Source: Nitrosopumilus sp. (GTDB lineage Archaea > Thermoproteota > Nitrososphaeria > Nitrososphaerales > Nitrosopumilaceae). From it: DNA of 64,000 nt. Position 1 is the stretch's first letter; each line of letters opens with the position of its first letter. The notes beneath the pieces are model-generated. The model was not told where the DNA came from and ran no database searches. It worked only from the letters and a program-made list of their open reading frames with translations. Where the stretch lies: positions 800,001-864,000 of the forward strand of contig CBDBGZ010000009.1 in the NCBI GenBank assembly GCA_965205425.1, in the 5' to 3' direction. Below are positions 50,929 to 61,739 of this stretch, piece after piece. The position numbers and the translations under genes were made by a program.

Positions 50929-52437
50929 ATGTCTGGAATACGAGTAACTTATTCAGGAATGATATCTTTTATTGTTGGAATAGTTAGTGTATTCACTGGT
51001 CTTGTTTTCACTCTAATAATTACAAGAGAACTAAGCCCTGAAGAATTTGGTACGTGGAGTTTGGTTGGAGGATTAACTGGTTATGTTTTGATTCTAGAAC
51101 CCATTGTATCGTATTGGGCAACAAGAGAAATAGCTAGAGGAAAAGAATCTGGAAAAACTGCATTTCTTTCAAGTAATTTGTTTTCAGGAATTTCATTATT
51201 AGCCTATATTGTTATCATTATTGGTTTTGTTAATCATGTAGATGTTGATCAAAACATCTTACTTTTTGCTGCAATTCTTATTCCTGTATTATTTGCAAGA
51301 CATACACTAACTGCAATTAATCTAGGTCATAACCCACAAACAGGAGAATTTGGGTTTCTTGCTTTTGAACTTACAAAAATACCTGTTGCATTATTATTGA
51401 TTTATTTTTTGCAATTAGGTGTATATGGTGCTATCCTTACTGCATTTGTTGCATCTTTAGTAAGCATTATCATTCAATTATCTAGATCATCTCATAAATT
51501 AAAAGGAAAATTCCAAAAAGAAACTTTGAAAAATTGGTTAAAAATATTTTGGTTACCCACTTATCCTAGGGTTTCTGAATTATTTTTATTATCTGATATT
51601 GTAATATTTACAATAATTATTGGAACGGTTGAAGATATTGCGTTTTGGGTAGCTGCTTTAGGAGTTGCAAGTATTGTGTTACACGCTGGAAACATCTCAA
51701 AAGCTCTTTATCCAAAATTATTAGAAGGAGGAAAAATAAAATTATTCCAAGAAAATTTTACACAAGTCTTGTATTTTGCATTTCCATTAGTTTCTATGTC
51801 AATAATTTTCTCTAGACCTGCGTTATTTGCATTAAATCCACTTTATGAAATTGCAGTGCCTGTAGTGATTTTATTATCTTTAGTGATGTTCTTAAGAACC
51901 ATTAGTAACATGTTTACACGATCTCTTACAGGAATTGAAAAGGTCGATCTTAATGATAATGCCACATTCAAAGATTATATTAAAAGTAAATTATTCTACT
52001 TACCAACATTAACATTAATTCAACGTGGTTCATATTTGGCATCATTAGCTATTGTTCTGTTATTATTTGGTAATTCTGAAGAAAAAATAAATCTAATAAT
52101 ATATTGGGCCATTGTTGCTCTTGTAACTCAAATTCCATATACAATCTATCTCTTTTCATTAATTAGAAAAGAGTTTCTTCCAAAAATCGATTTAAAAACT
52201 ATTTCTAAATATGTTGCATCAAGTATTGTTGTTTTTGGATTTGTCTACCTGTTCATGGATAATCTTTTAGAATATGAGTTAAGCATTTTTGAATTTCTTC
52301 CAAAGTTTTTGGTATTTGTGCTAACTGGAGGCTTAGCATATGTTGGAATCACATATGTAATTGATAAAAGAACCAAAAAACTGGTACATTCGATAATAAA
52401 AGAATTACAAAACCGAAAAATCAAAAATGATGATTAA
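50929..52437 (+). CDS. Wzx-like oligosaccharide flippase
   Basis: Many TM segments; TRELSPEEFG.W. Confidence 0.82.
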   Translation: MSGIRVTYSGMISFIVGIVSVFTGLVFTLIITRELSPEEFGTWSLVGGLTGYVLILEPIVSYWATREIARGKESGKTAFLSSNLFSGISLLAYIVIIIGFVNHVDVDQNILLFAAILIPVLFARHTLTAINLGHNPQTGEFGFLAFELTKIPVALLLIYFLQLGVYGAILTAFVASLVSIIIQLSRSSHKLKGKFQKETLKNWLKIFWLPTYPRVSELFLLSDIVIFTIIIGTVEDIAFWVAALGVASIVLHAGNISKALYPKLLEGGKIKLFQENFTQVLYFAFPLVSMSIIFSRPALFALNPLYEIAVPVVILLSLVMFLRTISNMFTRSLTGIEKVDLNDNATFKDYIKSKLFYLPTLTLIQRGSYLASLAIVLLLFGNSEEKINLIIYWAIVALVTQIPYTIYLFSLIRKEFLPKIDLKTISKYVASSIVVFGFVYLFMDNLLEYELSIFEFLPKFLVFVLTGGLAYVGITYVIDKRTKKLVHSIIKELQNRKIKNDD

Positions 52438-52502
52438 TTCATCTTACCTGATTAAAATATGTAGACAAGAATCAATTAATTTTTATTTTTTTGATATAAA
52501 TT

Positions 52503-53480
52503 ATGTCAAATCAAAATAGCATCAGTAAAAATTTTAGAAAATTTGTTAGAGTAAAAACTTCTTCTAATCTCTATGTTCAAAAATTAGTTAATTCATTTTA
52601 TTACATTTATTGTGATTTGACATCTTTTTTACATGTAAATCCAGATTTTCTAATAATTGAGGCTGAAAAATCTGGAACCACCTCATTATATGAATATCTT
52701 GCTCAACATCCATCTGTTTATCCATCTCGTGGAAAAGAAATTTATTATTTTGATAAAAAATTTGATAAAAAATTTGATAAAAAATTTGATAAAAAATTTG
52801 ATAAAAAATTTGATAAAAAATTTGATAAAAAATTTGATAAAAAATTTAGTTGGTACAAACTTTTTTTTCCATTTAAGTGGAAAAAATTTTTCATTAAAAC
52901 TTTAAAGAAAAATAAATTCATTAGAGGTGAAGCTACTCCTAGATATCTAAATCATCCACTAGCTCCAAAACGTGTGGCAAAATTAATTCCAAATGTAAAA
53001 ATCATTATAATGCTACGTAATCCTGTGGATAGGGCATATTCACATTATCAAATGGAATTTGATTACCGTCGGGATAAACTTTCTTTTGAAGATGCTATTG
53101 AAAAAGAAAATGAAAGAATTGGGGGTGAATTTGAAAAAATGGAAAAAATTCCTACTTATTATAGTACAAAATACTATTGGTTCTCTCATTTGAAAGCTGG
53201 AATTTATCATGAACAAATAAAGAGATGGAAAAATTTTTTTCCAAAAGAACAATTCTTGATTGTTAAAAGTGAAGATCTTTATGAATATCCTACACAAACT
53301 TACAATCATGTTTTAAAATTTTTAAATTTACCTGAATTTACATTGAAGAATTATAAAAAATTCAGAAATCGTGATTATGTAAAAATGAATGAAAAAACTA
53401 GGTCTAAATTAATTGATTTTTACAAATTACATAATGAAAAATTGTATAATTATTTAGGGAAGAATTTTGATTGGAAGTAA
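52503..53480 (+). CDS. Sulfotransferase with (FDKK)8 insertion
   Basis: PDFLII..EKSGTTSL, KEIYYF, GEATP.Y, LRNPVDRAYSHY. Confidence 0.88.
   Translation: MSNQNSISKNFRKFVRVKTSSNLYVQKLVNSFYYIYCDLTSFLHVNPDFLIIEAEKSGTTSLYEYLAQHPSVYPSRGKEIYYFDKKFDKKFDKKFDKKFDKKFDKKFDKKFDKKFSWYKLFFPFKWKKFFIKTLKKNKFIRGEATPRYLNHPLAPKRVAKLIPNVKIIIMLRNPVDRAYSHYQMEFDYRRDKLSFEDAIEKENERIGGEFEKMEKIPTYYSTKYYWFSHLKAGIYHEQIKRWKNFFPKEQFLIVKSEDLYEYPTQTYNHVLKFLNLPEFTLKNYKKFRNRDYVKMNEKTRSKLIDFYKLHNEKLYNYLGKNFDWK
52749..52844 (+). repeat. Tandem repeat (TTTGATAAAAAA)x8, in frame
   Basis: Eight perfect 12-bp units counted directly. Confidence 0.97.
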
Positions 53481-53518
53481 TGTATTTTTATTTATTAAAA
53501 ATGGATGTGGAATCATAA

Positions 53519-54940
53519 ATGTCTAAACATTGGTTTACTGTTTATCTAACTGAACATTATTCTAAAAATAAAAAATTAGGATTAGATATAGGATGTAAAA
53601 CTAAACCATATGAAAATAATTACAAATGTGCTTGTATTGGTTTAGATTTACCTTCTGATATTTTTCAAAATAATAGTTCAAAACCTGATATTTATGGAAC
53701 TGGAGACACTCTCCCATTCCCAGATAATTCGTTTGATTTTATTACGTGTTATTCAGTAGTGCCCTATGTAAAAAATATTGATAGATTTTTTAGTGAAATG
53801 AATCGAGTAGTCAAACCATCTGGGACTTCTGTTATAATTATAATGAATTTACGTGGTTTAAATTTACAACCTCAGACAAAGTTTGAAAATCGTTTTAATT
53901 CTACTCAATTACATAAAAAATTAAAGCAAAATGGGTTTGAATCAATCAAATTCAAAAATCCTAAAGCATTTTTGTTATCTACATATTATGATTTTACAAG
54001 TGTATATGCATATGCTATAGTTAAATCCAAAAAATCAATGATCAAATCAAAATCAAATTTCGGTTCTAGAATGTATTTCCATTCAATATTAAATAATCAT
54101 CCTAAATTATATCAAATTAGTAGAAATTTATTCAGACAATATTGTAAAGTAACTCATAATTTTCACACTACACCTACTTATCTAATCATAGGGGCTGCTA
54201 AATGTGGTACAAGTTCTTTACATGAATATTTAATGCAGCATCCATGTGTAGGAAAAGTATTAACTAAACAATTGCATTTCTTTGATCGATATTTTGAACG
54301 TGGTACAGATTGGTATAAAGTATGTTTACCTTTTGTTTGGAATAAATTTTATGTTGAACATTATTTGAAAAAGAATTTTGCTACTGGAGAAGCCACTGCC
54401 CATTACATTAATCACCCCTCAGCTCCAAAACGTGTTGCAGAAATTCTTCCAAATGTCAAAATCATAGTAATGCTACGTAATCCCGTAGATAGGGCTTATT
54501 CACATTATCAAATGGAATTTAATAATAAAAATGAAGATTTATCATTTGAAGATGCAATTTCAGAAGAACCAAATAGAATCAAGGGTGAAATTGAAAAATT
54601 AGAAAAAGATTCTTCATATTATAGTAAGAATTTTCCTCATAGAGCATATATTGATAGTAGTAAATATGTAAATCAATTAGAAAAATGGTCTGAATATTTT
54701 CCTATTGAACAATTCCACTTTGTTAAAACTGAAGACTTTAAAATAAATCCTTCAAAAATTTATAATGAAACATTAGAATTTTTAGATCTTCCTAAACATG
54801 AACTAGGTGAATATAAAAAAATTCGTGAACGAAAATATGAAAAAATGAGTGATACTACAAAAAAAGATCTACTAGAGTTTTTCAAACCTTATAATGATAG
54901 ACTTTATAAAATGACTGGAAAAAATTTCCAATGGGAATAA
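53519..54940 (+). CDS. SAM methyltransferase-sulfotransferase fusion
   Basis: N-half LDIGC..KPY, LPFPDNSFD; C-half IGAAKCGTSSL, LRNPVDRAYSHY. Confidence 0.87.
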   Translation: MSKHWFTVYLTEHYSKNKKLGLDIGCKTKPYENNYKCACIGLDLPSDIFQNNSSKPDIYGTGDTLPFPDNSFDFITCYSVVPYVKNIDRFFSEMNRVVKPSGTSVIIIMNLRGLNLQPQTKFENRFNSTQLHKKLKQNGFESIKFKNPKAFLLSTYYDFTSVYAYAIVKSKKSMIKSKSNFGSRMYFHSILNNHPKLYQISRNLFRQYCKVTHNFHTTPTYLIIGAAKCGTSSLHEYLMQHPCVGKVLTKQLHFFDRYFERGTDWYKVCLPFVWNKFYVEHYLKKNFATGEATAHYINHPSAPKRVAEILPNVKIIVMLRNPVDRAYSHYQMEFNNKNEDLSFEDAISEEPNRIKGEIEKLEKDSSYYSKNFPHRAYIDSSKYVNQLEKWSEYFPIEQFHFVKTEDFKINPSKIYNETLEFLDLPKHELGEYKKIRERKYEKMSDTTKKDLLEFFKPYNDRLYKMTGKNFQWE

Positions 54941-55109
54941 TTATCAAATGAAATTATGTTGGAATGGGTTAAAACAATCTTCAAATTTTCATGAAAAAAT
55001 CAAAATGAATTGATTGTTATTCTAGGAAATAGTCAAGTTCATATATTTCAAATTTTGATTTTTTGTCCACAAAATAATAGTTATAATTTTCTAAAAAGTA
55101 TAGTGTATT

Positions 55110-56078
55110 ATGATAAAAGTTGTAGAAAATTTTGAGCCTGATATTCATTGGAATGAAAGACTTCTCAAGGCTAAAATTGGTACAATGGTTCAAACTAAAG
55201 AAAGAGCAATAAATTTCACTAGGCGAAATGAAATTCCTGTATTTTTACATTTTATTGATGATTCAGGTAAAATTGTAGGACAAAATTTACTTGGCATTTT
55301 ACCTCGATTTACAGCAAGAAAAAGTAAAGCAATACTGAGAAAACTTCCTGGAATAAAAAATTCAACATATTCTTGGACATACGGTCCAATAATTTTTGAA
55401 AATAAAAAATCAAATGAAATTTTATCCGCATTTAAAAATTATCTTCTATCAAAAAAATCTAGAGTGCATGGTGTCACAAACCCATTATTATCTTTTGAAA
55501 ATTCAATATTTCAAAAAGATTTCAATATTCAGGAATGGTCTACTAGTATTATAGATCTTAAGATACCTTTGGATGAACTTTATAAAAAAATTTCAAAAAG
55601 TAATGGCCGTAAGAATATTCAAAGATCTATTAATCGTGGAGTTGAAATTGAATTAATTGATAAAAATAATCTCTATGATTACCATCTAATAAATAATGAA
55701 TTAAGAACAAAAATTGGAACTGCTACTGCAGATTATGAAAAATATGTTGAATGGTGGGATTTGATGCAACCCATAGGATATGCTGGATTTTTAGCTAAAA
55801 AGAATGGAAATCCAATTGGAGGAATATTGTTTTCATATTTTAATAAAATTATTGTAGAAGCTGGAGTTGCTCGTTCAGAATCTGATTTTAGAGAAAAATT
55901 ATATTCTCAAGATCTAATTAAATGGAAAATTATTGAATGGGGACACAATAATGGAATGAATTTTTATGATTTGGCCGGTTACAATCCATTTCCAACAAAT
56001 TCTAAGGAAGAAGGAATAAAGTCTTTTAAAGAAAAATGGGGTGGAAAAAAATATTCTTATTGGATTGTAAAAAAATGA
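55110..56078 (+). CDS. FemAB/FemX-like GNAT-fold transferase
   Basis: YGPI, IDL....EL, RKNI.R....GV, W.II.W, YDLAG, FKEKWGG. Confidence 0.8.
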   Translation: MIKVVENFEPDIHWNERLLKAKIGTMVQTKERAINFTRRNEIPVFLHFIDDSGKIVGQNLLGILPRFTARKSKAILRKLPGIKNSTYSWTYGPIIFENKKSNEILSAFKNYLLSKKSRVHGVTNPLLSFENSIFQKDFNIQEWSTSIIDLKIPLDELYKKISKSNGRKNIQRSINRGVEIELIDKNNLYDYHLINNELRTKIGTATADYEKYVEWWDLMQPIGYAGFLAKKNGNPIGGILFSYFNKIIVEAGVARSESDFREKLYSQDLIKWKIIEWGHNNGMNFYDLAGYNPFPTNSKEEGIKSFKEKWGGKKYSYWIVKK

Positions 56079-56115
56079 TTTTTAGTTTTATATTTAAAGA
56101 GATGATGAAAAACTA

Positions 56116-57954
56116 ATGAAAGTTGTTTTTGGAACAAAATCAAATCGACTTGAAGATACGATTTTTGTAAGTGAAGAAGATTTTCAAATGTCATTTGGAT
56201 TTGATTCTTTTAAAATTCCTATTGATGCTCTGAATGAAATAGAAAAATCTTCTATTATGGGGAAAAATATTCCTAATTTACTTGAATTTGATGATTTTTC
56301 AATGTGGTGGTTCGTACACCCTACGGTATATCCAAAGTTTAAACAGGCTATTAGTTTTATTATAAAATTTAATGAATTTATAAAAAATGAAAATCCATCT
56401 CATATTAAGATAGAAAACAATTTTACATTTTTTGATTTAATTAAACAAATTTCTAATAAATCTAATATTGATTTCTCATATTCTACATTTGGATATTTAA
56501 AGTTCAAATTATTCTATATTTTTACAAATATTTTTCAAAAGTATAGGTATAGAAAAATCACAATTAATAAAATAAATAAACGAATGTCAAAGATTAAAAA
56601 AAATCATGATTTATCTTCTTTTTTAAGAAAAAAAATCATTTTTGTTATTCCTTCTACATATCGAAGACATGTTACCAATCTAAAAACTGGAAAATCTGAT
56701 AAGGGTGAATATATTCAACAAGGAATAATTGATTTAATTTCAAAAAAAGATCTTTTGTTAGGGATTGATGTTGATTATACTTTTCAAGGTGACAGTAATA
56801 CTTTAAATGAAAGATTAAATTCTGAAATGAATTGGATTCCATTAGAATACTTAATTCAGAAAAATTTTAAATTAACTATAGAACAAAAAAATTTCTTAGA
56901 TAATTACAAAAAAATAATTAAGAATAATGATTTTCAAAAATCTTTTGTATTTGATGATATTCATTTATGGAATCACGTTAAACCTGCATTTGAAAAAATG
57001 ACATTCTCTCCTTATTTGCCATTTTATCTTATTTTGTATTCCTCTTTAGTAGAAATTTTTAAAAATACTTCTCCCACCGCGGTATTTTTACCTTATGAAA
57101 CTGGCCCATTTGCTTTATGTTTTATTTTAGCTGCCAAAAAATTTAATGTAAAAACAATTGGATTGGCCCATGCAATTATATCTCCCAAAAATCCAATGTA
57201 TTCTTACAATAGACTAAGATCTGATGCAGATTTTCTTGGTTTTCCAATTCCTGATTTTACTCTTGTCTTTGGAAACCATTCAAAAAAAGTTCTTACAGAT
57301 TCAGGTTATCCAGATAATAAAATCATTCCATTTGGAAATGCAGCATTTTTCAATCTTGACAAATATGTAGATATATTAAAAAACAAATCACTATATGAAA
57401 AATATAAAATTCCAGAGAATAAAAAAATATTACTTTTTCCTACAGAATATTTGCAAGAAGAATATTTTAAAAAATATGGAAAATTTAATTATGATACTCA
57501 AATTTGGAAATATTTATTAGAAAATTTTCAAAATAACGATGATTGGATAGTCATATTAAAACCACATCCTACTGAAAAAATTAATGTTTATGAAAAAATT
57601 TTAGAAAATTATAATGCACCTAACTTTAAAATCATTCAAGATGATCTTTTTGAATTAATCTATATTTCAACTGTTGTGGTATCTATTTTTTCTCATGCTA
57701 TGATGGATGCAATTTGTTTAAAAAAGCCTGTAATCCGTGTGACATTTGATAATTTTAAACATGTAATCCCATATGATGAAAATGATGTAGTAATTTCAAC
57801 TGAATTAAACGATCTTCAATATTGGATTGATGAGATTTCAAGTAACCAAAAAATTATTAAAAAACTTCAAAAAAATCAACCTGATTTTATTAAACTACAA
57901 TATAATATACCTGAAGAAAATCCAGATAAAATAATTAATGATCTACTGGACTAA
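56116..57954 (+). CDS. GT-B protein, CDP-glycerol glycerophosphotransferase / nonulosonate transferase-like
   Basis: AHA, VFG, FGN..F, LKPHP.E, S....DA..L.KPV. Confidence 0.6.
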   Translation: MKVVFGTKSNRLEDTIFVSEEDFQMSFGFDSFKIPIDALNEIEKSSIMGKNIPNLLEFDDFSMWWFVHPTVYPKFKQAISFIIKFNEFIKNENPSHIKIENNFTFFDLIKQISNKSNIDFSYSTFGYLKFKLFYIFTNIFQKYRYRKITINKINKRMSKIKKNHDLSSFLRKKIIFVIPSTYRRHVTNLKTGKSDKGEYIQQGIIDLISKKDLLLGIDVDYTFQGDSNTLNERLNSEMNWIPLEYLIQKNFKLTIEQKNFLDNYKKIIKNNDFQKSFVFDDIHLWNHVKPAFEKMTFSPYLPFYLILYSSLVEIFKNTSPTAVFLPYETGPFALCFILAAKKFNVKTIGLAHAIISPKNPMYSYNRLRSDADFLGFPIPDFTLVFGNHSKKVLTDSGYPDNKIIPFGNAAFFNLDKYVDILKNKSLYEKYKIPENKKILLFPTEYLQEEYFKKYGKFNYDTQIWKYLLENFQNNDDWIVILKPHPTEKINVYEKILENYNAPNFKIIQDDLFELIYISTVVVSIFSHAMMDAICLKKPVIRVTFDNFKHVIPYDENDVVISTELNDLQYWIDEISSNQKIIKKLQKNQPDFIKLQYNIPEENPDKIINDLLD

Positions 57955-58935
57955 TTTTTCCTCTAATAAGAGATTCTTGATTTCTTCCTTACTTAACAAT
58001 GGTACTTTATCTGAAGAATACCTCTCAATTAATTTTGCTTTTTTCAATCCATGTATCTCTGTCACATCATAATTTTGTGTCTGAGGCTCAAAAATAATAT
58101 AATCATCTTCTGATTCGTAAACATTTCTTAACTCATCTTCACTAATTAGTGATTCGTGAAATTTTTCACCTGGTCTTACTGAAATATTTTCTATTTGACA
58201 ATTAGAATTTTTTAATTCTACTATTGCATCTCGCAAAATTCCGGTTTTATATGCTTTTAATTTAGGAACAAAAACTTCTCCACCAATTCCTTTTTCATAG
58301 GCTCTTAAAATTAGGTTTAAAGCACTTTTCATGGTAATATTGAATCTTGTCATTTCAGGATCTGTAATTGTAATTTTATTCAATTTCTTAATTTGTTCTA
58401 AAAATAGAGGTACAACTGAACCTCTACTTCCTAAAACATTTCCATATCTTGCACAAACAAATTTAGTTTTATGATTACCTTTGTAATAATTTGCTGAAAT
58501 GAATAATCTTTCCATTAACATTTTGGTTGCACCATATGTGTTTAGAGGTGCTACAGCTTTATCTGTTCCAATTGCTATTGCAGCTTCCACATTTTGATCC
58601 AAACATGCTTCTATCAAATTTTGTGCTCCATACACGTTGGTTTTTACAGCTTCAAATGGATTATACTCTGCTACTGGAACATGTTTTAGTGCAGCTGCAT
58701 GAAAAACAATGTCTATATTTTCTAGTGCCCTTTCTAATCTGTCCTTATCTCTGATATCTCCAATTAAAAATCGTATTCTAGAATCTGTAAATTCTCTATG
58801 CATTCCAGTTTGTTTCCATTCATCTCTACTAAAAATTCTAATAGTTTCAACATCACTTTGTAATAATTTGTTTGTGAGTGCTTTTCCTAATGAACCAGTT
58901 CCACCTGTAATTAGAATTTTTTTCCCTTCATACAT
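57943..58935 (-). CDS. pseB: UDP-GlcNAc 4,6-dehydratase (PseB/FlaA1 family)
   Basis: TGGTGSLG, FSRDEWKQ, HAAALKHVP..EYNP, TDKA, YGATK, RYGNV.GSRGSV, RPGEK.HE. Confidence 0.85.
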   Translation of the reverse strand: MYEGKKILITGGTGSLGKALTNKLLQSDVETIRIFSRDEWKQTGMHREFTDSRIRFLIGDIRDKDRLERALENIDIVFHAAALKHVPVAEYNPFEAVKTNVYGAQNLIEACLDQNVEAAIAIGTDKAVAPLNTYGATKMLMERLFISANYYKGNHKTKFVCARYGNVLGSRGSVVPLFLEQIKKLNKITITDPEMTRFNITMKSALNLILRAYEKGIGGEVFVPKLKAYKTGILRDAIVELKNSNCQIENISVRPGEKFHESLISEDELRNVYESEDDYIIFEPQTQNYDVTEIHGLKKAKLIERYSSDKVPLLSKEEIKNLLLEEKLVQ

Positions 58936-59001
58936 TCTAATTTTTTATATAAAACATGTTTAATTAACTTATTTCATGTTGGTTAATTTTGTTTTAAAAA
59001 A

Positions 59002-59913
59002 TCATGTTGTATTTTTTGACTTAATCACTATGGATACATTACGACCAATGCCACATTTAGCCCATGACTTACATAAATTATAATAATTTTCCATTCCAGT
59101 TTGACTCATCAATAAATCTAATTTTACTCTGGCTTGATTTGCATCCTTACCATTTTCTTCATTAATTATATAATTTGAACCTGGATGAAATAGATAGAAA
59201 TCTATTGGAAATGATGAAAATAAATCAATTATTTTAAAATCCATCGAATTAATAAATTTGATAATATTTTTTGAATTAAAATAATTAAGATGTTCAGGTG
59301 GGGAAACCCAAAAATCATCTTTAATAAAATTAAATTCCTTGGCTTTTAATTGAATATCACTAAAATCATTTGGAACTCTTATCACAATTATTCCTTCTTT
59401 GGTTAATATTTTTTTTAAGTCTCGAAGTAATTGTCTAGGATCAATTACATGTTCTAGAACATTTTGTATTACACATACATCAAATTTCTCTGATTCATTA
59501 TAATTTTTAAGAAAATCAAAAATATTTTCTATTTTGATTTTTTTTAATAATTCTGGATTGAATTTTTTTATTCCTTCATCATTAAAATCAATTCCATTAA
59601 CTTTCCATCCTTTTTCTTTAGCTCTTGATAATAGAAAACCTTCTCCTACCCCAACTTCAAATAATGTTCCTTTATTTTTTTGCCACTTGGAATTTGATTT
59701 TAATATTGAATGCAAGCATAAATCATTCATTAAGTTGATATGACTAATTTCCTCATTGGTATAGGATTTCTGGTAATTTTTTCTAATTTTTTGTGATTTG
59801 TCATCATGAAATAATCCTGCATAATGTTTTTTGAGTTCTTCATTACTAGGTTTAGATTTAATAGTTCTAAATCCTGTTTTATCAGTGATGATCTCTTTTT
59901 TCAATATATACAC
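59002..59913 (-). CDS. Class I SAM methyltransferase
   Basis: EVGVGEG, NVLEHVIDP, VPN, PPEHLNYF. Confidence 0.88.
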   Translation of the reverse strand: MYILKKEIITDKTGFRTIKSKPSNEELKKHYAGLFHDDKSQKIRKNYQKSYTNEEISHINLMNDLCLHSILKSNSKWQKNKGTLFEVGVGEGFLLSRAKEKGWKVNGIDFNDEGIKKFNPELLKKIKIENIFDFLKNYNESEKFDVCVIQNVLEHVIDPRQLLRDLKKILTKEGIIVIRVPNDFSDIQLKAKEFNFIKDDFWVSPPEHLNYFNSKNIIKFINSMDFKIIDLFSSFPIDFYLFHPGSNYIINEENGKDANQARVKLDLLMSQTGMENYYNLCKSWAKCGIGRNVSIVIKSKNTT

Positions 59914-59914
59914 C

Positions 59915-60634
59915 TTAATTGATTCTAGTTAAAAGTTCTATCTGTTTTTTTAATTGTAAATGAGAATTTATTTTTTTTATTTGTTTGTCAATCTTACTTT
60001 TTTCTAAATATGTATTTTGATATAAAATAAAAGGTAAATTTATTTTATTTGCTGCTATGTAATCTTCTAATGAATTTCCAATAAATATAATTTTATTTTT
60101 AGCTATTGATTCTGATTCAATTATTTTGTTTAATAATTTCTTTTTAATTATTATCCTATTTTCCGATTTTCTATTATCTAAATTTATTTTATAATCTTCA
60201 CTAAAATAACTATCATCAAAATAATGATTGATTCCTCTCTCTTTTAGAAAAGATAAAATATTTTTTTTATTTTTTCTAGTAGTACATAATACTATTTTGA
60301 TTTTTTTTCTTTTTAAATAATATAGAATATATTTTGTGTAACTCTGTAATTCTAAATATTTCATTGATTTTTTTGAATTAAGAAATTTATTTCTCTCGTC
60401 TAAAAATTTCTTTATATCATTTGATTTGAAATCTTTTAAAAATTCCTTAATTATTTCTTCAGCAAGATAATTTTCTTTCCTTTTTTTCTTTATATATTTG
60501 GCATCTGGAATTTTTAATCCAAGCTTTTTGCATGGGATGATAAATGCATGATGATCTAATTTCTGATTATCTGTAATTGTATCATCAAAATCAAATATTA
60601 CTATATTATTCATGCTCAATTCTATTAATTTCAT
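59915..60634 (-). CDS. HAD-family hydrolase
   Basis: FDFDDTI, IGNS..D..AA; likely start at MNNIVIF. Confidence 0.82.
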   Translation of the reverse strand: MKLIELSMNNIVIFDFDDTITDNQKLDHHAFIIPCKKLGLKIPDAKYIKKKRKENYLAEEIIKEFLKDFKSNDIKKFLDERNKFLNSKKSMKYLELQSYTKYILYYLKRKKIKIVLCTTRKNKKNILSFLKERGINHYFDDSYFSEDYKINLDNRKSENRIIIKKKLLNKIIESESIAKNKIIFIGNSLEDYIAANKINLPFILYQNTYLEKSKIDKQIKKINSHLQLKKQIELLTRIN

Positions 60635-61673
60635 CCAATGAAATGTATCTTTCTTGTAAATCCTTCATAACGTATCCTTCTTTGTATTCACTTTTTTCAG
60701 GAATCTCTCCAAATAACGCATATCTTGTAAACATATGTGGTTCATTATATCCAACCAAACATCTTGAACCTGTAGTTCCAGAGAATCTTGGATTAATTTC
60801 AAATGGTATTATTCCTGACTCTGTGTTTCTACACTGAATATTAATTGGTCCATTTGCTTTAATTGCAGCAGCAATTTTTTCTCCTTCTTTTCGAATTTTC
60901 TCAAATTTTGAAAATAGCCCTTGAGAAATACCTGATGACACAATGTATGTTTTGTTAGTTATTGGATTTGTAGATATTTGTCTTGTAGATAAACCTCCTT
61001 TCAACATTCTTTTCATAGCAATAGATGTACATACAGCACCTTCATCCAAATAAAGAATCCCTATGGTGTATTCTTCTTCAAAAATTCCTACATGTTCTTG
61101 AATAACTGGATCTAGACCATATTTTTTTAAATTTTCACAATAAAAATATAGTTCATTTTTATCATTTGCAAGATATACATTCCTAGAACCAGATCCTGTT
61201 CTTGCTTTTACAATAACTGGATAATCTTTAATGAACTCAATATCTTTTTTTTCAATATATAAAATTGTAAATGGAGTTTTAATTCCCTTTGAATTCAAAT
61301 ATTCAATTACATTAATTTTGTCTGAACATTTTTCGATTATATCTATTGGATTAGACAATACCTTGATATTATTTTCTTCAAAAATCTCTTTATTTTTTGC
61401 AATTTTTAAAATTTCAGGCTCTGAACCCCCAATAATTACACTTGCATTTTCTTTTTTTGCAATTTTCAATAAATCATCAGTATAATCAGATGATGTAGCT
61501 GGTGGAGTTAGATATTTTTTTGATGCTTCATACAGTCCTACACTAAGTGATGACATGTCTGTTGCAATAATTCTATATGGAGATGGAGCACTTTGAAATG
61601 CTTTCATTATTTCTCTACCCAAACTTGCACTTCCTACTCCTGTTACAAGAACGGATGTTTCATTTTTTTCCAA
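60606..61673 (-). CDS. ATP-grasp protein
   Basis: VLVTGVG, DK, VK.R.GSGS, IQE, EYT, FEINPRFSG. Confidence 0.87.
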   Translation of the reverse strand: MEKNETSVLVTGVGSASLGREIMKAFQSAPSPYRIIATDMSSLSVGLYEASKKYLTPPATSSDYTDDLLKIAKKENASVIIGGSEPEILKIAKNKEIFEENNIKVLSNPIDIIEKCSDKINVIEYLNSKGIKTPFTILYIEKKDIEFIKDYPVIVKARTGSGSRNVYLANDKNELYFYCENLKKYGLDPVIQEHVGIFEEEYTIGILYLDEGAVCTSIAMKRMLKGGLSTRQISTNPITNKTYIVSSGISQGLFSKFEKIRKEGEKIAAAIKANGPINIQCRNTESGIIPFEINPRFSGTTGSRCLVGYNEPHMFTRYALFGEIPEKSEYKEGYVMKDLQERYISLDEINRIEHE

Positions 61674-61739
61674 AATATGATTCTAAATTATTACAAAAAT
61701 TATAGTATAAATGAATTTCCAGATACAATAATTTGAAAT

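Noticed and set aside
52657..52905. (KNLI)n ORF
   Set aside because: Alternative-frame read-out of the 12-bp tandem repeat
12757..56078. Peptidoglycan pathway from MurG-like, MurI-like and FemAB-like genes
   Set aside because: The genes are scattered, no Mur ligases, MraY or PBPs are present, and these folds have broader functions
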